Numbered from the stretch's first letter, positions 14,103 to 27,697 are shown. The stretch is DNA of 64,000 bases from Eledone cirrhosa (GCA_964016885.1 OZ024750.1:26970001-27034000), one strand, 5' to 3'. The notes: generated by a model from the sequence alone, not told the origin. Made by a program: numbers and translations.

Positions 14103-14752
14103 ACAAACACACACACACACAGCTAGAATTGTTTTAAGAAACCCAGTACACTGAAATTTATAAATATAAAAGTGAAAATAGGAATAAAAGTTTGACAAAA
14201 CAAAATAAGAGTTTAAGCATTGACCTTATATTTCCAAAGAAAATGAGTTGTGATGTTGATCGTGGTCTTAGCAAATGGTGTGTTGTTGGTGGTGAACTAA
14301 TAAATTTCTTTTTCGTTTGAAAAATTGGTCATTACTCCGAAATATGAAATATATGGCAAAAGTATAAACTTTATATTGTTTTAGTCTTAATTTTGAACAA
14401 AATGTATATACCATATTTCTCGGCATCAAAGACGCTACTTTTTTCCTAAAATAAGTCTCAAAAATCTACCATGCGTCCTGTAGGCCAAAGGTTGCTTATT
14501 ATTTCTTTTCAAATTTTTGATTGTCAAAATTAGGGTGCGTCCTCGAGGACGAAGCGTCTCCGGCGCCGGGAAATACGGTAATTCAAGTCCTTAAAATATA
14601 CCATACTGTTGTGAAATATTTTCTCTGCTATATATATATATATATAGGATAATAAGTTATGGTTTAAGGTAATCCAGTTAGAGGTTGTTAATACTGTAAA
14701 TAAAACTATTTTTGTACAGCCAAACATGCTATTCTTTACTTTTTCACTATAT

Positions 14753-14842
<90 letters not shown>

Positions 14843-14847
<5 letters not shown>

Positions 14848-14952
14848 GGCTTCTACAGGACTAGAACTGTTTCATTCGGAGGAAATCATCAGAAAGGGCT
14901 TTCTGATGATTTCCTCCGAATGAAACAGTTCTAGTCCTGTAGAAGCCATTTC
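14843..14952. ncRNA. perfect 54-bp-arm palindrome with a type I hammerhead on each strand
   Basis: + strand 14897-14947: ggcuuu CUGAUGA u uuc cucc gaa u GAA acag uucuaguc cugu A/gaagcc (stems I, II and III all pair). The mirror image lies on the minus strand. Confidence 0.75.
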
Positions 14953-15029
14953 AATATTAAATTACTTTTACTCTGCTATGTATTGAGTACCTTACTTACT
15001 GTGGTTATCCCCGATTTAACCCGGGATCT

Positions 15030-15350
15030 ACCTTTTAACTACAATACATTGGTATCAATATTAGAGAGATATTGAGGAATGGTGATTGGTAGAATTAGTA
15101 AAGCACCGTATAAGATGCCATTGCGGGATTATTCTGGCTCTTTACAGTCAGATCTTAAGTTAAACTTTACCTTTCCTTCTTTCTACTGGAGTCGAGAAAA
15201 TTAAGTACCAGTTATGCCTTGGGTTTATTTAATCGACGTTACCTCTCTTTCCTTCATTCGGATTCGGTAAACAACTGGTGTTTATTTCATTAACTTCGTT
15301 ATGGTCCGCCTGGTATCTTACCACACCTTCTTTGTTTTAAATATATATAT
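15030..15350 (+). repeat. inverted duplication left arm, block C (partners 44290-44340, 44576-44813, 49504-49531); empty site of the LINE
   Basis: Reverse-complement alignment; a single tatca at 15053-15057 corresponds to tgata on both sides of the LINE. Confidence 0.9.
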
Positions 15351-15573
15351 ATAAATATAAATTCAGCGAGAATCGCATTTCGGCGGGTAGAAGAAGCGAA
15401 ACGAAACACGAAAGTCAGAGTTATGCTGGCAAGCGCTCCATAGTTAAAAAACCAGAGCTAAACAATATGTTAAAACGCCATACAAACTGAATAAGTGGTC
15501 AAGATGCATTAACCACCTAATCCAAAAAGCAAATCAAGCTAAACAGGTCAAACAATATATATACATACATACA

Positions 15574-16353
15574 AATTTTAGTACAGCATAAATGAAGCTT
15601 TAGTTTGCGGCCAAGCTAACGAATGCAAATTCGGTATGTAGCTTTAGCACTCGGATGGGGATTATACCCCAGAGTAATAACAATACGTTTAGACAGCTTA
15701 GCAAATCAAATATAGCGATCGGCAGTCCACCCGCATTACCACAGCAACGAACATACAGGACTCAGGAAAAGATTTTAGACTGACCTGGACAGAACGGTGG
15801 GACTGAATGGAATATATAATGCATATCGTATAGCACACGACATACATCACATACAGCACACAATATCAGCGCTAGGTTTCTGCAAATCCAAGATCGACAA
15901 ATTCCGCTTGCAGGGGTCTGACAGAACAAAGGATTTACTTCTTCAGCAAGTCCTGTGTTCTTTAGCCTCTGCGGGTATGTTCTAGCAGTGAATTTCGCTG
16001 TAGACACGTGGTTTTCTCTAAGGGAGGTAACCTCCGCTTTGGCGGTGGATTCAAATTTGAGACAAAGGAATGAAATTCCTTTAGACAAACCGAATTAAGC
16101 ACTCAACCAGAAGTTATCAAACAAACATAAACAATTAATCAATCAATAGAATCATCTAATTAAATTAATCAGTTAATCGTTAATTCTAGGAGTTAAAATA
16201 CATAATTTAGTACAGCATAAACGAAGCTTTAGCGGCCAAGCTAACGAATGCAAATTCGGTATGTAGCTTTAGCACTCGGATGGGGATAGTACGCCAGACA
16301 GCTTATCAAATCAAATATAGCGATCGGCAGTCCAGCCGCATTACCACAGCAAC

Positions 16354-16354
<1 letters not shown>
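15574..16354 (-). mobile_element. partial-tandem repeat element (direct repeats 15574-15750 and 16204-16354) ending in (TA)n
   Basis: Direct repeat of about 150 bp: ttagtacagcataa...ttaccacagcaacg. Confidence 0.55.
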
Positions 16355-16402
<48 letters not shown>

Positions 16403-16971
16403 TTATTAAAATAACAGATTAAAGTTTAAGCAAAGAATCGCTGCTTTCACCCTTAACGGGATCTTCTGAAACTAACAAAGTCAATCTGTAAACGCAGAAG
16501 TGGATATTTCAAAAAACATTGCAACCAGAGGAAGACAGGAAGACGATACTTTGGTTCGTGGAAACGTTCCCTGGCAAAGAACGGGAAAAAAACGAATATA
16601 ATACGTCATTATTTGGAGCGGTGAAAAACAATTACACGCAAAGACAGAACCACGTGTATGGTATAAAAGAAGTCGTAGTTCATAGAGACGTTCTCTGGCA
16701 ATGAACGGAAAAACCGAAAATAATACGTCATATGTGGAGCGTAGAGAACAATTGCACGCAAAGACAAAACCACGTAAATGGTATAACTGAAGTCGTAGAC
16801 TAAAATTCTAACTAGGAAACCGAATGATTCTCCGCTTCAGAGTTAAGAATAAAGTAAATAAAATACAGAGGTAAATGAAATTAAATAAATACATACACGC
16901 ATCCAAATACGTACATACACAAACATACGCGAAAACACTCGCCACAGGTATACAAATACACGCACATATAA

Positions 16972-17013
<42 letters not shown>

Positions 17014-17402
17014 ATACAAATAATTAAATAAACGTATATAAATAAATAAATACGTATATAACAAGCGCACACACATACCTACATGTAAATACACAAATGT
17101 TCGGTGACGTACGTCGACCAAAACACGAAGTACACATATACACACACCCTACATACGTACGAACCCGCATACTCACACAGACGCAAAACTCACGTATACA
17201 CATAACCAAAAGCATATGTACCAGAATATATAGAAAAATATACGCCATAACATATACAATCAAATATACGTACGAGAAAGTATACGTACCTTCACAAAAC
17301 ATAAAGGTAATATATACTTACCTATGCAAATAAGTAATGGTATAAATATAACATATTCTTAGCTACCACATCAAGACGTAAAATATCCGCGTATAGATCG
17401 TA

Positions 17403-18260
17403 CTATCCGTTAGGGTATAATGTGGGGCTGTAATACAGGAAAGTGTTGTGCAATTTATGTTTACAAGCCGAAATTGCCTCAGATTTTTTGTTTAAGATGT
17501 TGTGCGTGGCGTAGAGTATTTCCAGGGTCTCAGCGGTGCAGAGGTCACATGGTCTTTTATTTCCGTTATACGATCTAGCCCTAGCTACGATCTCCCAGTG
17601 TAAATTATATTGGGTGTGGTTGTCTTTTAGACTCCAGATATAAGCTGAAAGTGACGTCATATTCCTTCTTAGAGGGTAACGAAAAGAATGGGTATGCATG
17701 TAAAGACGCTGCTTGAATCTATTGGCGGTTAACCCTATGTAGGCCCTACGGGACGTGGGTGTTTCAACATTACATTTGTAGACAATGTTACTAGAGAGGC
17801 ATTTCCCGGATAGGGGGCAATCAACCCGATTCCTACGATTACAGTTAGTACTAACTACAGGGTTGCACGTGTTCCTACGGCTAGGTAGTTTAGCTAAATT
17901 TGAAGCTGTGATGTTATGTGCAAGGTTAGGAGTCGTAGAGTAAGAAATTTTAATAGTATTTCTATTAAAATGTTACTATATTTTGGTGTAGGGGGAAAAT
18001 TCTTCGTAATAAGGGATAGAAAGATCTTAGCTAATGGTGTGGCCACCTCCATATTATATGGTGGGTTATACCATATAATGTGTCGGGATCTATTTCTTCT
18101 AGGTCTATTCTCGTACTCTGTATATGCTACCTTATCGACAAATCCACTCCGAGCAAGATCTTCATTGTAATATGTGGAATGGTCGTTGAAAATATGCTCG
18201 TTAGTAGATCTACGGTTCTTATGTATTTGATATATATTTATCCTTATCGAGCCCTCTTTG
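17403..18260 (-). pseudogene. Penelope-like element C-terminal ORF (RT thumb/linker + GIY-YIG endonuclease), Naiad-like; 3' region extends to ~16400
   Basis: RHIIWYNPPY...NFP, a frameshift near 17960, then FNRNTIKISYS...CNRRNRVDCPLSGKCLSSNIVYKC...AYIGLT..FKQR..H..SF...LSAYIWSLK...W..CDLC..E...LNKKSE..SACKH. Confidence 0.85.
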
Positions 18261-18350
18261 GACGTGCATTTTCCACATAGGAATGACGGAGTATTTTTAG
18301 AATAAGGCAATACAAAGTAGTTTAGATGTTAAAGTCCTTTATTGATAAGA

Positions 18351-18427
18351 CTGTGATACATATTTCGATGACGTCAATGGCCACGCTATTCTGTGTAGTA
18401 CCCAGTGCCATGATCTCATCAGACAGC
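18351..18427 (-). ncRNA. type I hammerhead ribozyme (minus-strand member of an inverted pair)
   Basis: gcugu CUGAUGA gaucauggc...gccauugacgucauc GAAAU augu AUC/acagu. Confidence 0.75.
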
Positions 18428-18558
18428 TTCTTACATAATAAGGTTACAATCAGGAGGTAATCCAAAATTGAAGTGACAAGGGAACGGACAAACAGCGATG
18501 TTCATGAAGCGAATGCCCGTTCCCCATGGATTATTATTGTAACCTTATTATGTAAGAA

Positions 18559-18636
18559 GCTGTCTGATGAGTTCATGGCACTGGGTACTACACAGAATAG
18601 CGTGGCCACTGACGTCATCGAAATATGTATCACAGC
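18559..18636 (+). ncRNA. type I hammerhead ribozyme (plus-strand member of an inverted pair)
   Basis: gcugu CUGAUGA g uuca uggc...gcca cuga..c GAAAU augu AUC/acagc. Predicted cleavage is after 18631; AATAAA lies just downstream. Confidence 0.75.
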
Positions 18637-18690
18637 CTTATCAATAAAGGACTTTATCATCTAAACTACTTTGTATTTCCTTATTCTCTC

Positions 18691-18760
<70 letters not shown>

Positions 18761-18763
<3 letters not shown>

Positions 18764-18998
18764 GTCCGTCGAGCTGCCGATTATAGAGTCGGGTAAGAAC
18801 GATACAGAGCGAACCTTGAGCTGATCAGTGGCGAAACGCGCGTCGCCTACCAATAAATGTAATGAAGGAGTAATCAATCGTCCTTGTTATCCTTTCAATA
18901 TATTACACTCTGTATAGCTCTACAGCTCATCACAGAAGTGAACCTAAACATCGAGTGCTCACCCGGGTGAACCTGCAGTAACTCCAAGTTACACTCCC

Positions 18999-18999
<1 letters not shown>
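18761..18999 (+). mobile_element. Penelope-type 3' end flanked by (TA)n, with hammerhead 3' half GAAACGCGCGTC
   Basis: gcgaaacgcgcgtc at ~18830-18845; related fragments at 30038-30105 and 36740-36828. Confidence 0.55.
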
Positions 19000-19075
<76 letters not shown>

Positions 19076-19623
19076 ATATATATAATTTTCTTGTTTTACG
19101 TCTCTCATATTATTGTTTTGCAACCCCATGCATTGAACCACAAAGTTACTAAGACAAAACCTATATATTTGCTAGCATTGATATGCATCTGTATGTATAT
19201 ATATGTTACTAGATATTAATTCTTTATAATTATCTCCAAATTATTTGTCGAGCAATATTGGCCATGACTGCTGCTATGGTAGCAGGCAGGCCGCTGTCTT
19301 ATTAGCAAACCACTTTCCACTGATTGACCTCGATGTTACGTGATTGATTCTTTTTGAATTTGCCACCGACGCAGAGGCAGTGATTTTCTCAATGGCTAGG
19401 AATTCAGTCCACGCTTTGCTATTTTCTATCCACTGAATTATTTTTTAATAAGTTTCCAGAGTCCACGCTTTGCCTGGATACTTAGATGAGAATAGTTTTC
19501 CCTGACGACGGAATGATTCTCCATGTTTTCTTCGGAAAATATATTTATTCCATTCAAGAAACTAATTAGTTGGAAGTGATATTTTTAGTAAGTAAGTTAA
19601 TTTTATAATTTTCTTATTTTACG

Positions 19624-19711
<88 letters not shown>

Positions 19712-19899
19712 GTAAATGGGTGGATATGAAAATTAAAAACGAAAAACAGTTCTCAATTTGGTATGTATGTATATATGTATGTATACATATAAATATATGT
19801 GCATGTTCGTAAACATATGTGTATATTTTTGTATGTAACATTAAAGTCAGTTTCTCTGCGTATGTGCTTCTATAGAAATGTGTAAACTATATATATGTG

Positions 19900-19961
<62 letters not shown>

Positions 19962-20034
19962 CAATATATATATATATTCCAAACGACTTAAAGATAAATA
20001 TATATATATAAAAATATATTACATTCATATAGAA

Positions 20035-20210
20035 ATATTTGTTTCTACTTTTTGGCACAAGGCCAGCAATAACCCAGTGCATTACTGGTACTTTATTTTA
20101 TCGACCCCGTAAGAATGAAAGGCAAAGTCAACCTCAGCGGGATTTGAACTCAGATCGTTAAGGGACGTAACTATGCTGGAAAGCATGGCATCCGACCCTC
20201 TACCGATAGG
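20035..20210 (-). mobile_element. tRNA-derived SINE
   Basis: Same core as the other copies. Confidence 0.85.
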
Positions 20211-20623
20211 GAATGCAATGAGGCAAAGTGGAAAAATTGAAAATAAGAAGGAGGGAAAAACAACAACAAAGAACAAATATAAATATTAAATGAACACATA
20301 AACAAAAAGAAAAATAATTTTAAAAAACTGTAAAAAGACAGAGTAAAAAATATAAAATAGGGCAACAAAATACAAAATTACTGGAGAATACTATATATAA
20401 AACCAACAAAAGTAGTGAGTTATTATTATACGTGGTTTTTTATGATTATTTCCTCCATTTTGTAGATTTATTTTTGAAAAAAATCCACATCTTTCTCGTT
20501 TAATTGATTTCACAGAATGTTGCCATTCTGTTACGTTGGTGACAGCATAGGGGTGAGGAAACAGCAGATATGAACAGGAAGACAAACAAATAGACGAAAA
20601 CAAAAGAGAAGATATAATATAAC

Positions 20624-20697
<74 letters not shown>

Positions 20698-20811
20698 TAT
20701 ATGTATATACATATAATATATATATATATGTATATATGTACTTATATATATTATGTATATATAAATTAACATATAATATACATAATATATATGTATAGAT
20801 ATATATAATAT

Positions 20812-20869
<58 letters not shown>

Positions 20870-20934
20870 ATACATACATATATATCTATATATATATACA
20901 TATAAACATACATACATACATATATATATATATT

Positions 20935-21023
<89 letters not shown>

Positions 21024-21448
21024 TTATACATTATATATATAACAGAAAAAGTAACATTAAATATCATTCTTTGTTTTCTATTAAATGTTGCCCTTTTTTC
21101 ATTGTTGTCGTGTTTTTAACCGTAATATATGATGGTAACGATGATGATGATGACGATAGAAATTATGATTATGATGATGATAATAACAACCAGAATGATA
21201 ATAGTTTCTTTATTGGTCTCGAAGGGTTGACAGAAAGGAAAACATTCGAGATGGCTCGGGGCGATACAGTGTATGTGTGTGTGTGTGTGTGTTTATTGTG
21301 TGTGTGAGTGTGTGTTTGTGAGTGTGGGTGTTTCATATGTAAAAACAACAAAACAAAGAGAGAACAATAAGATTAAAAGAACAAAATGTCACCAATAGCG
21401 TTGAGATTTCGGAGTGTCACTCCTAGAAATACCTCAGAAAAACCCACA

Positions 21449-22470
21449 GAAATACTGACCGCTAGAGCAAGTAAACCTTTCCAGGGTAATACTGACCGCT
21501 AGAGCAAGTAACCCTTTCCAGGGTAATACTGACCGCTAGAGCAAGTAAACCTTTCCAGGGTAATACTGACCGCTAGAGCAAGTAACCTTTTCCAGGGTAA
21601 TACTGACCGCTAGAGCAAGTAAACCTTTCCAGGGTAATACTGACCGCTAGAGCAAGTAAACCTTTCCAGGGTAATACTGACCGCTAGAGCAAGTAACCCT
21701 TTCCAGGGTAATACTGACCGCTAGAGCAAGTAAACCTTTCCAGGGTAATACTGACCGCTAGAGCAAGTAACCCTTTCCAGGGTAATACTGACCGCTAGAG
21801 CAAGTAACCTTTTCCAGGGTAATACTGACCGCTAGAGCAAGTAAACCTTTCCAGGGTAATACTGACCGCTAGAGCAAGTAACCCTTTCCAGGGTAATACT
21901 GACCGCTAGAGCAAGTAACCTTTTCCAGGGTAATACTGACCGCTAGAGCAAGTAAACCTTTCCAGGGTAATACTGACCGCTAGAGCAAGTAACCCTTTCC
22001 AGGGTAATACTGACCGCTAGAGCAAGTAACTCTTTCCAGAAACACTGACCGGTAGAGCAAGTAAACCTTTCCAGGGTAATACTGACCACTAGGGCGAGTA
22101 ACCCCATTCATGGACATCCTGACCACTAGGGTAAGTAACCATCACCACAGAAATCTGATCACTAAGGCAAGTAACTACTCCCACAGACATCTGACCACTA
22201 GGAAAAGTAACCCCTACCACGGACATCCTGACCACTAGGGAAAGTAAACATTCCCACAGAAATCTGACCACTAGGGCAAGTAACCCCTACCACGGACATC
22301 CTGACCACTAGGGAAAGTAAACATTCCCACAGAAATCTGACCACTAGGGCAAGTAATCCCTCTCAGAGTAATACTGACCACTAAGGAAAATAACCATTCC
22401 CACGTAATTCTGACCACTAGGGCAAGTAAGCCCTCCCATGGACATCCTGACCACTTGGGCAAGTAATCCC
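21449..22470. repeat. 37-bp minisatellite: 17 near-identical units, then ~10 diverged units
   Basis: Unit cagggtaatactgaccgctagagcaagtaa(a/c)c(c/t)tttc. Confidence 0.95.
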
Positions 22471-23122
22471 GCCCCCTCCCCTACAATCCACAGGCATATA
22501 CTTAGAGCAGGGCTGTTCACTCGGACCATCCACGCTACCCTCATCCATCTTTCAACAAAATAGCTGGGAAGCAGCAGTACTCACTTCATACTAATTTTCC
22601 TCCATCAAATGAAACCTGAAGAAATTAATGAAGGTTTGGCCGAAGGTAGGAAATTGTTTATTTTCGTGTCAAACTTTTCCATTTAGCCCTCTCCTCTTTA
22701 TTTCCTCAATCTTTAAATACACAAACAAACAGCTTAAGCCACTGGGTTTTGTTTTTCAGAGAAACATTATCCAGTATTTTTCGACTCTGAAAAACATCTC
22801 GCTGCTCTCTGGAACCAAGATAAATCATCAGAGATTACATGTTCAAACAGATCCAGAATTAAGACAAGAATTAAGACGGAATTTCGTTTATGACGTTAAA
22901 TTTGAGCCAAATGGTCTTAAAAAAAGATGAGTATTTTATCAAAATATTTATGACAATATGAAACTAATAGTATTAATATATCGTTAAGACAATTCGGTAC
23001 AGGTATTCATGACAGTATTTATATTTATAAACGGGTATTTAGACTTTTGTAATTATGATTTTAAGTTACCTAATTATACCGTCAGCAACCTTTGAAAGAC
23101 TTGAAAATTATAGTAAAGAAAT

Positions 23123-23188
<66 letters not shown>

Positions 23189-23356
23189 GTAAGTTAATTT
23201 AAAAAAATTTTTTTTTTTTTAATTTTCTTATTTTACGTCTTTCATATTATTGTTCTGCATCCTCCTGCATTGAACCACCTAGGTACTATGACATAACTTA
23301 TGTATTTGCTAGCATTAGTGTACATCTGTACGCATATGTTGGTAGATATACTAAAT

Positions 23357-23430
<74 letters not shown>

Positions 23431-23606
23431 AGTATAGCTCTTTATACAAAATGTTTCTTTTTTCCATTTCAGGTAGACGCACTCCATCGTTCACTTTTCT
23501 AAAAAATACATTACTTCACTGCTACATTTGTATTCTGGGTAATACTTAGATTCACAAATGTTATGTTTTCAGCGAAGAAACCAGGTTCACTTTTACACGA
23601 TATATA

Positions 23607-23663
<57 letters not shown>

Positions 23664-23714
23664 ATATGTATATATGTGTATATATATATATGTGTATGTG
23701 TGTGTTTATATATT

Positions 23715-23765
<51 letters not shown>

Positions 23766-23837
23766 GTATATATATGTGTATGTGTGTATGTCTATGTATA
23801 TGTATGTATATGTATATATATATATACATATACACAC

Positions 23838-23900
<63 letters not shown>

Positions 23901-23907
<7 letters not shown>

Positions 23908-24577
23908 GAGACGTATAGAGATTGTTTTAGCAAGAAGCTAACGGCATTCTATAACATATATGCGACTATAACGTCAAGATGGGAAAAGTAGTTAACGAAA
24001 GATTTAGGAAAAATAACTCAAATTCATCTCAAAAGAGAATCAGGATACAAATTCATCCACAGAATTTAGTAAAATCCATGGAAAAATCTATAGACCTTTA
24101 ACTCATGATAAAACAAAGTTTGAAACACTTATCCTTCAATTTGGAATAACATCAAATGCTCTGTATAGTCTTAAAAGACTATTTCATGAAAACTTTCAGT
24201 GGAGATGGTCACGGTTGGAATATCATTCATCAACAGAGCTCAACAGAAAACCAGGGCTCTCACAGTAATATAGTCCGAAAAAGGGAATTCTAAAACTGGC
24301 TAGTTCGCCTTCATGTGTATTTATGAAAAAGCACATGAGGAAAAAACGGGGCTAGTGACGTCAGGATGGAAGTGAATGTTTATTTACAAGAAATAGCAGT
24401 CAAATACATTCTGAAAAAAAACTCTACAAGGAGTTCAGCAAAATAGCAATAATTATCACAGTTTTTATGAAAAAAACCGGGATTAGTCACAGATAGTTTA
24501 AGCACTCTAGGAAAAGAATCCGAGTATAAATATAAATGAGACGTATAGAGATTGTTTTAGCAAGAAGCTAACGGCAT
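23901..24577 (-). mobile_element. (TA)n-flanked element with ~47-bp terminal direct repeats
   Basis: tataaatgagacgtatagagattgttttagcaagaagctaacggcat occurs at 23901 and 24531; degenerate UUGAUGA auga..ucau GAAAU on the minus strand at ~24178-24234. Confidence 0.5.
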
Positions 24578-24593
24578 CTATATATATATATAG

Positions 24594-24773
24594 ATAGGAA
24601 CCAGTAAGACCCCGACAGCTGAGCTCAAGCCGTTTCGACGGCTAATTAGCCGTCGAAACGGCTTGAGCTCAGCTGTCGGGGTCTTACTGTTTCCTATTAC
24701 CCACTCTACTACCTCAAGTGTTGAGTACTTTGGTGCGTTATGGTCCACCTGGTTCCTTACCACATTTCCTTCG

Positions 24774-24775
<2 letters not shown>
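24594..24775 (+). mobile_element. (TA)n-embedded hairpin element, family H
   Basis: ~104-bp loopless palindrome centred on gctaattagc, plus the family tail. Confidence 0.8.
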
Positions 24776-24867
<92 letters not shown>

Positions 24868-24920
24868 ACATGTATGTCTGTGTGTGTGTATTATGGTCCC
24901 CACAGCTTACCGTGGATATC

Positions 24921-24971
<51 letters not shown>

Positions 24972-24980
24972 ATGTATGTG

Positions 24981-25029
<49 letters not shown>

Positions 25030-25084
25030 GTATATATATATATATATATATGTGTATATATATGTATATATATATATGCATGTG

Positions 25085-25155
<71 letters not shown>

Positions 25156-25509
25156 CTAGGAGTCCGACGTTCCGACGTGAGAACAGAAGCTATCTGTGCT
25201 TGTTTTTCAAATACATCTGAATATAAAACAAATCTAGGTATGTAGGTTAACGTAGTCTCATTCTTTTATCTACTTAAAACCCAGCTGTATACACGATATC
25301 CATTAGTAAATATATACACACGTTTGCAGTTTCACACATAGTAAACACATACGTAAGGATAATAACAAAGCGAGAGAACAACAACAAGAATGAAACAATG
25401 AAATTGTTAATATATTTCATTGTGTGGAGTAAATATATAATACTTCTAATTAGTATTTCTATATTAGGAATACAATACTACTTCTAATTACTGTTTCTAT
25501 ATTAGTTGG

Positions 25510-25740
25510 TATGGATATGTGATGCGTATCGATGTTGGTCGCTGAGTGAAGAAGTGGAAGAAAGGTACAATTTTGCTAGGCCATGGAGGACCTGAGCAGA
25601 TGTGGTGAGAGCTGATGTCAGATCGCTGAGACTCACAGAGGAGGTGACGAAGGAACGCGACGAGTGGAGAGATGGTGTGCTGAAACGCACTCGTCCAACC
25701 CGTGCAAGCATGGAAACACGAATGTAAAAACGATGATGAC

Positions 25741-25773
<33 letters not shown>

Positions 25774-26045
25774 ATTAGGAATACAATAGCACATCTAATT
25801 ACTGTTTCTATATTAGTTCTTAAACATCTTCTTCGCCAACTTATTCCTGAGATGGTCGTGTGGGGGCCCGAGTCCACAAACACCCCCTCCAGTGGGTCCT
25901 GTCATAAGCAACCGTCACAGAGGAGATGAAGAAGGAACGCGACGAGTGGAGAGATGGTGTGATGAAAGGTACCCGTCCAATCCATGAAAACGTGGAAAAC
26001 CGAACATAAAAACGACGTTATTTATGACGACGATGATGATGACAT
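25510..26045 (+). mobile_element. RTE-type 3' end fragments with (GAT)n tails
   Basis: Minus-W/R motif remnants RPWRT*ADVVRADV...ERDEWR; tail ccaacccgtgcaagcatggaaa..(gat)n. Confidence 0.6.
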
Positions 26046-26293
26046 TCGTAATACATAGCACCTCTAATTGTTGTTTATATATGATATATTATCTATTTAT
26101 CGATCTAAGTATTCCTTTAAGATATATTTCTGCAAAGATAAGCCAAAAGTTGTAGCTATATATTATATATTTATCCACTCATTAAAGAATTAAAACTCGG
26201 TTATATTCTCCATTAAACCCAGAAGTCATCGTACAAGTCAATAAGTATTGATATAAACTGCTGAGAACGTATTTAACCTTTTATCACAACGAC

Positions 26294-26438
26294 CAGGGAG
26301 CCTCGGATTAGGGGTGGGGTATGACTATGCCCGTATTTAAGGCTCCCAAAATATTTAAATCGTCAAATGAATAATAGGCAACGGCCCTGATGAAACTTTC
26401 AGCCAAAGGGGCCTCCATACAATCTTAATCCGTCCCTG
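26294..26438. mobile_element. small MITE with caggg..cggatta TIRs (mirror at ~42199-42343)
   Basis: cagggagcctcggattag ... ttaatccgtccctg; absent from the paralogous unit near 29600. Confidence 0.5.
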
Positions 26439-27333
26439 ATTCCCACTAGTATGTTTATTCATGTTAGATTTGTATATGTCAATAGTCAAATGTTAAATAA
26501 TATCTCCTCTCATAATTGTATAACATAGTTTCTATATTGTCCACTGGACTCTCTAACAAAGGAGGAGCACTAATGAAGAGGTCAACTGTTGAATATATAT
26601 CTGTGTCTCATTAGAAATCAACCACAATGACATTACAGTAAACAGAGATATTTCTATAGGTAGAAAACCTGCTGGTACCTTTTTCATCCTCAGTTATAAT
26701 TACCGTTGTCTTCGTCGTGAGAGAATATAGACTATTTGATTAGTTCTGTTTTAAATTCTGGTGGGTCCCTACACACACACACACACAGACACATACACAC
26801 ACTCCTTTCAACCAGTAAACAAACACACACACAGACACACGTAATGTATATATATATATATATTTATATATACAGTGTACCCACGGCATTGACGGTCCCG
26901 GTTATTCGCGGAATTTTCATTAGAACCTAACTTACAATTGTTCGTAGAAACCATCGCATATTCACAGAATCGTAAATATCTTCCGCAATTTTTCACTCTT
27001 CGCGGGTGCTCTAGGAACGTAAACCCCGCGACTACCAGGGTGCAACTGAAAGGCCGGAAGATAGGTAAATATTGCTGATGAGATGTAACAACATCGAAAC
27101 TAGTTCAATATTCCTTGTCTGGCTTTCTTGAGAATAGAGGAAAGGTGTTTCCTCAAAAACCAGTATGACTCTAAAAACCGGTTTGTCTGTGTGTTTACAT
27201 ACAGAATAGCTGGACACTCACAGTAAAGTGACCAGTGAAAAACTCGGTACATCTACATATGTATACGTGTGTGTATTCATATGCATACTAGTATTTCAGT
27301 ATACATATGTGGATGTACATTTTTAACTTAATT

Positions 27334-27421
<88 letters not shown>

Positions 27422-27422
27422 T

Positions 27423-27502
<80 letters not shown>

Positions 27503-27575
27503 TATATATATATATATATGTAAGTATGTATGTATACGTACATACATATATGTATACAGACGTACAGTAGCATGC

Positions 27576-27622
<47 letters not shown>

Positions 27623-27697
27623 TGAATACAAGTACACATACATATATGCACGTCGGCTAAACTGATGCGTGCATATATGTATGTGTACTTGTATGCA

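Larger units (their letters stand above)
25395..26996 (+). repeat. inverted duplication left arm, block D (partner 41638-43225)
   Basis: Near-identical reverse complement; the core appears identical over several hundred bp. Confidence 0.95.

Noticed and set aside
21449-22090. CRISPR-like 37-bp periodicity
   Set aside because: Head-to-tail units with no unique spacers, no cas genes, and a eukaryotic context.
26385-26402. CTGATGAAAC hammerhead-like string (also ctgacga at 19502 and ctgatga at 40404)
   Set aside because: No stem II + GAAA + stem I arrangement.
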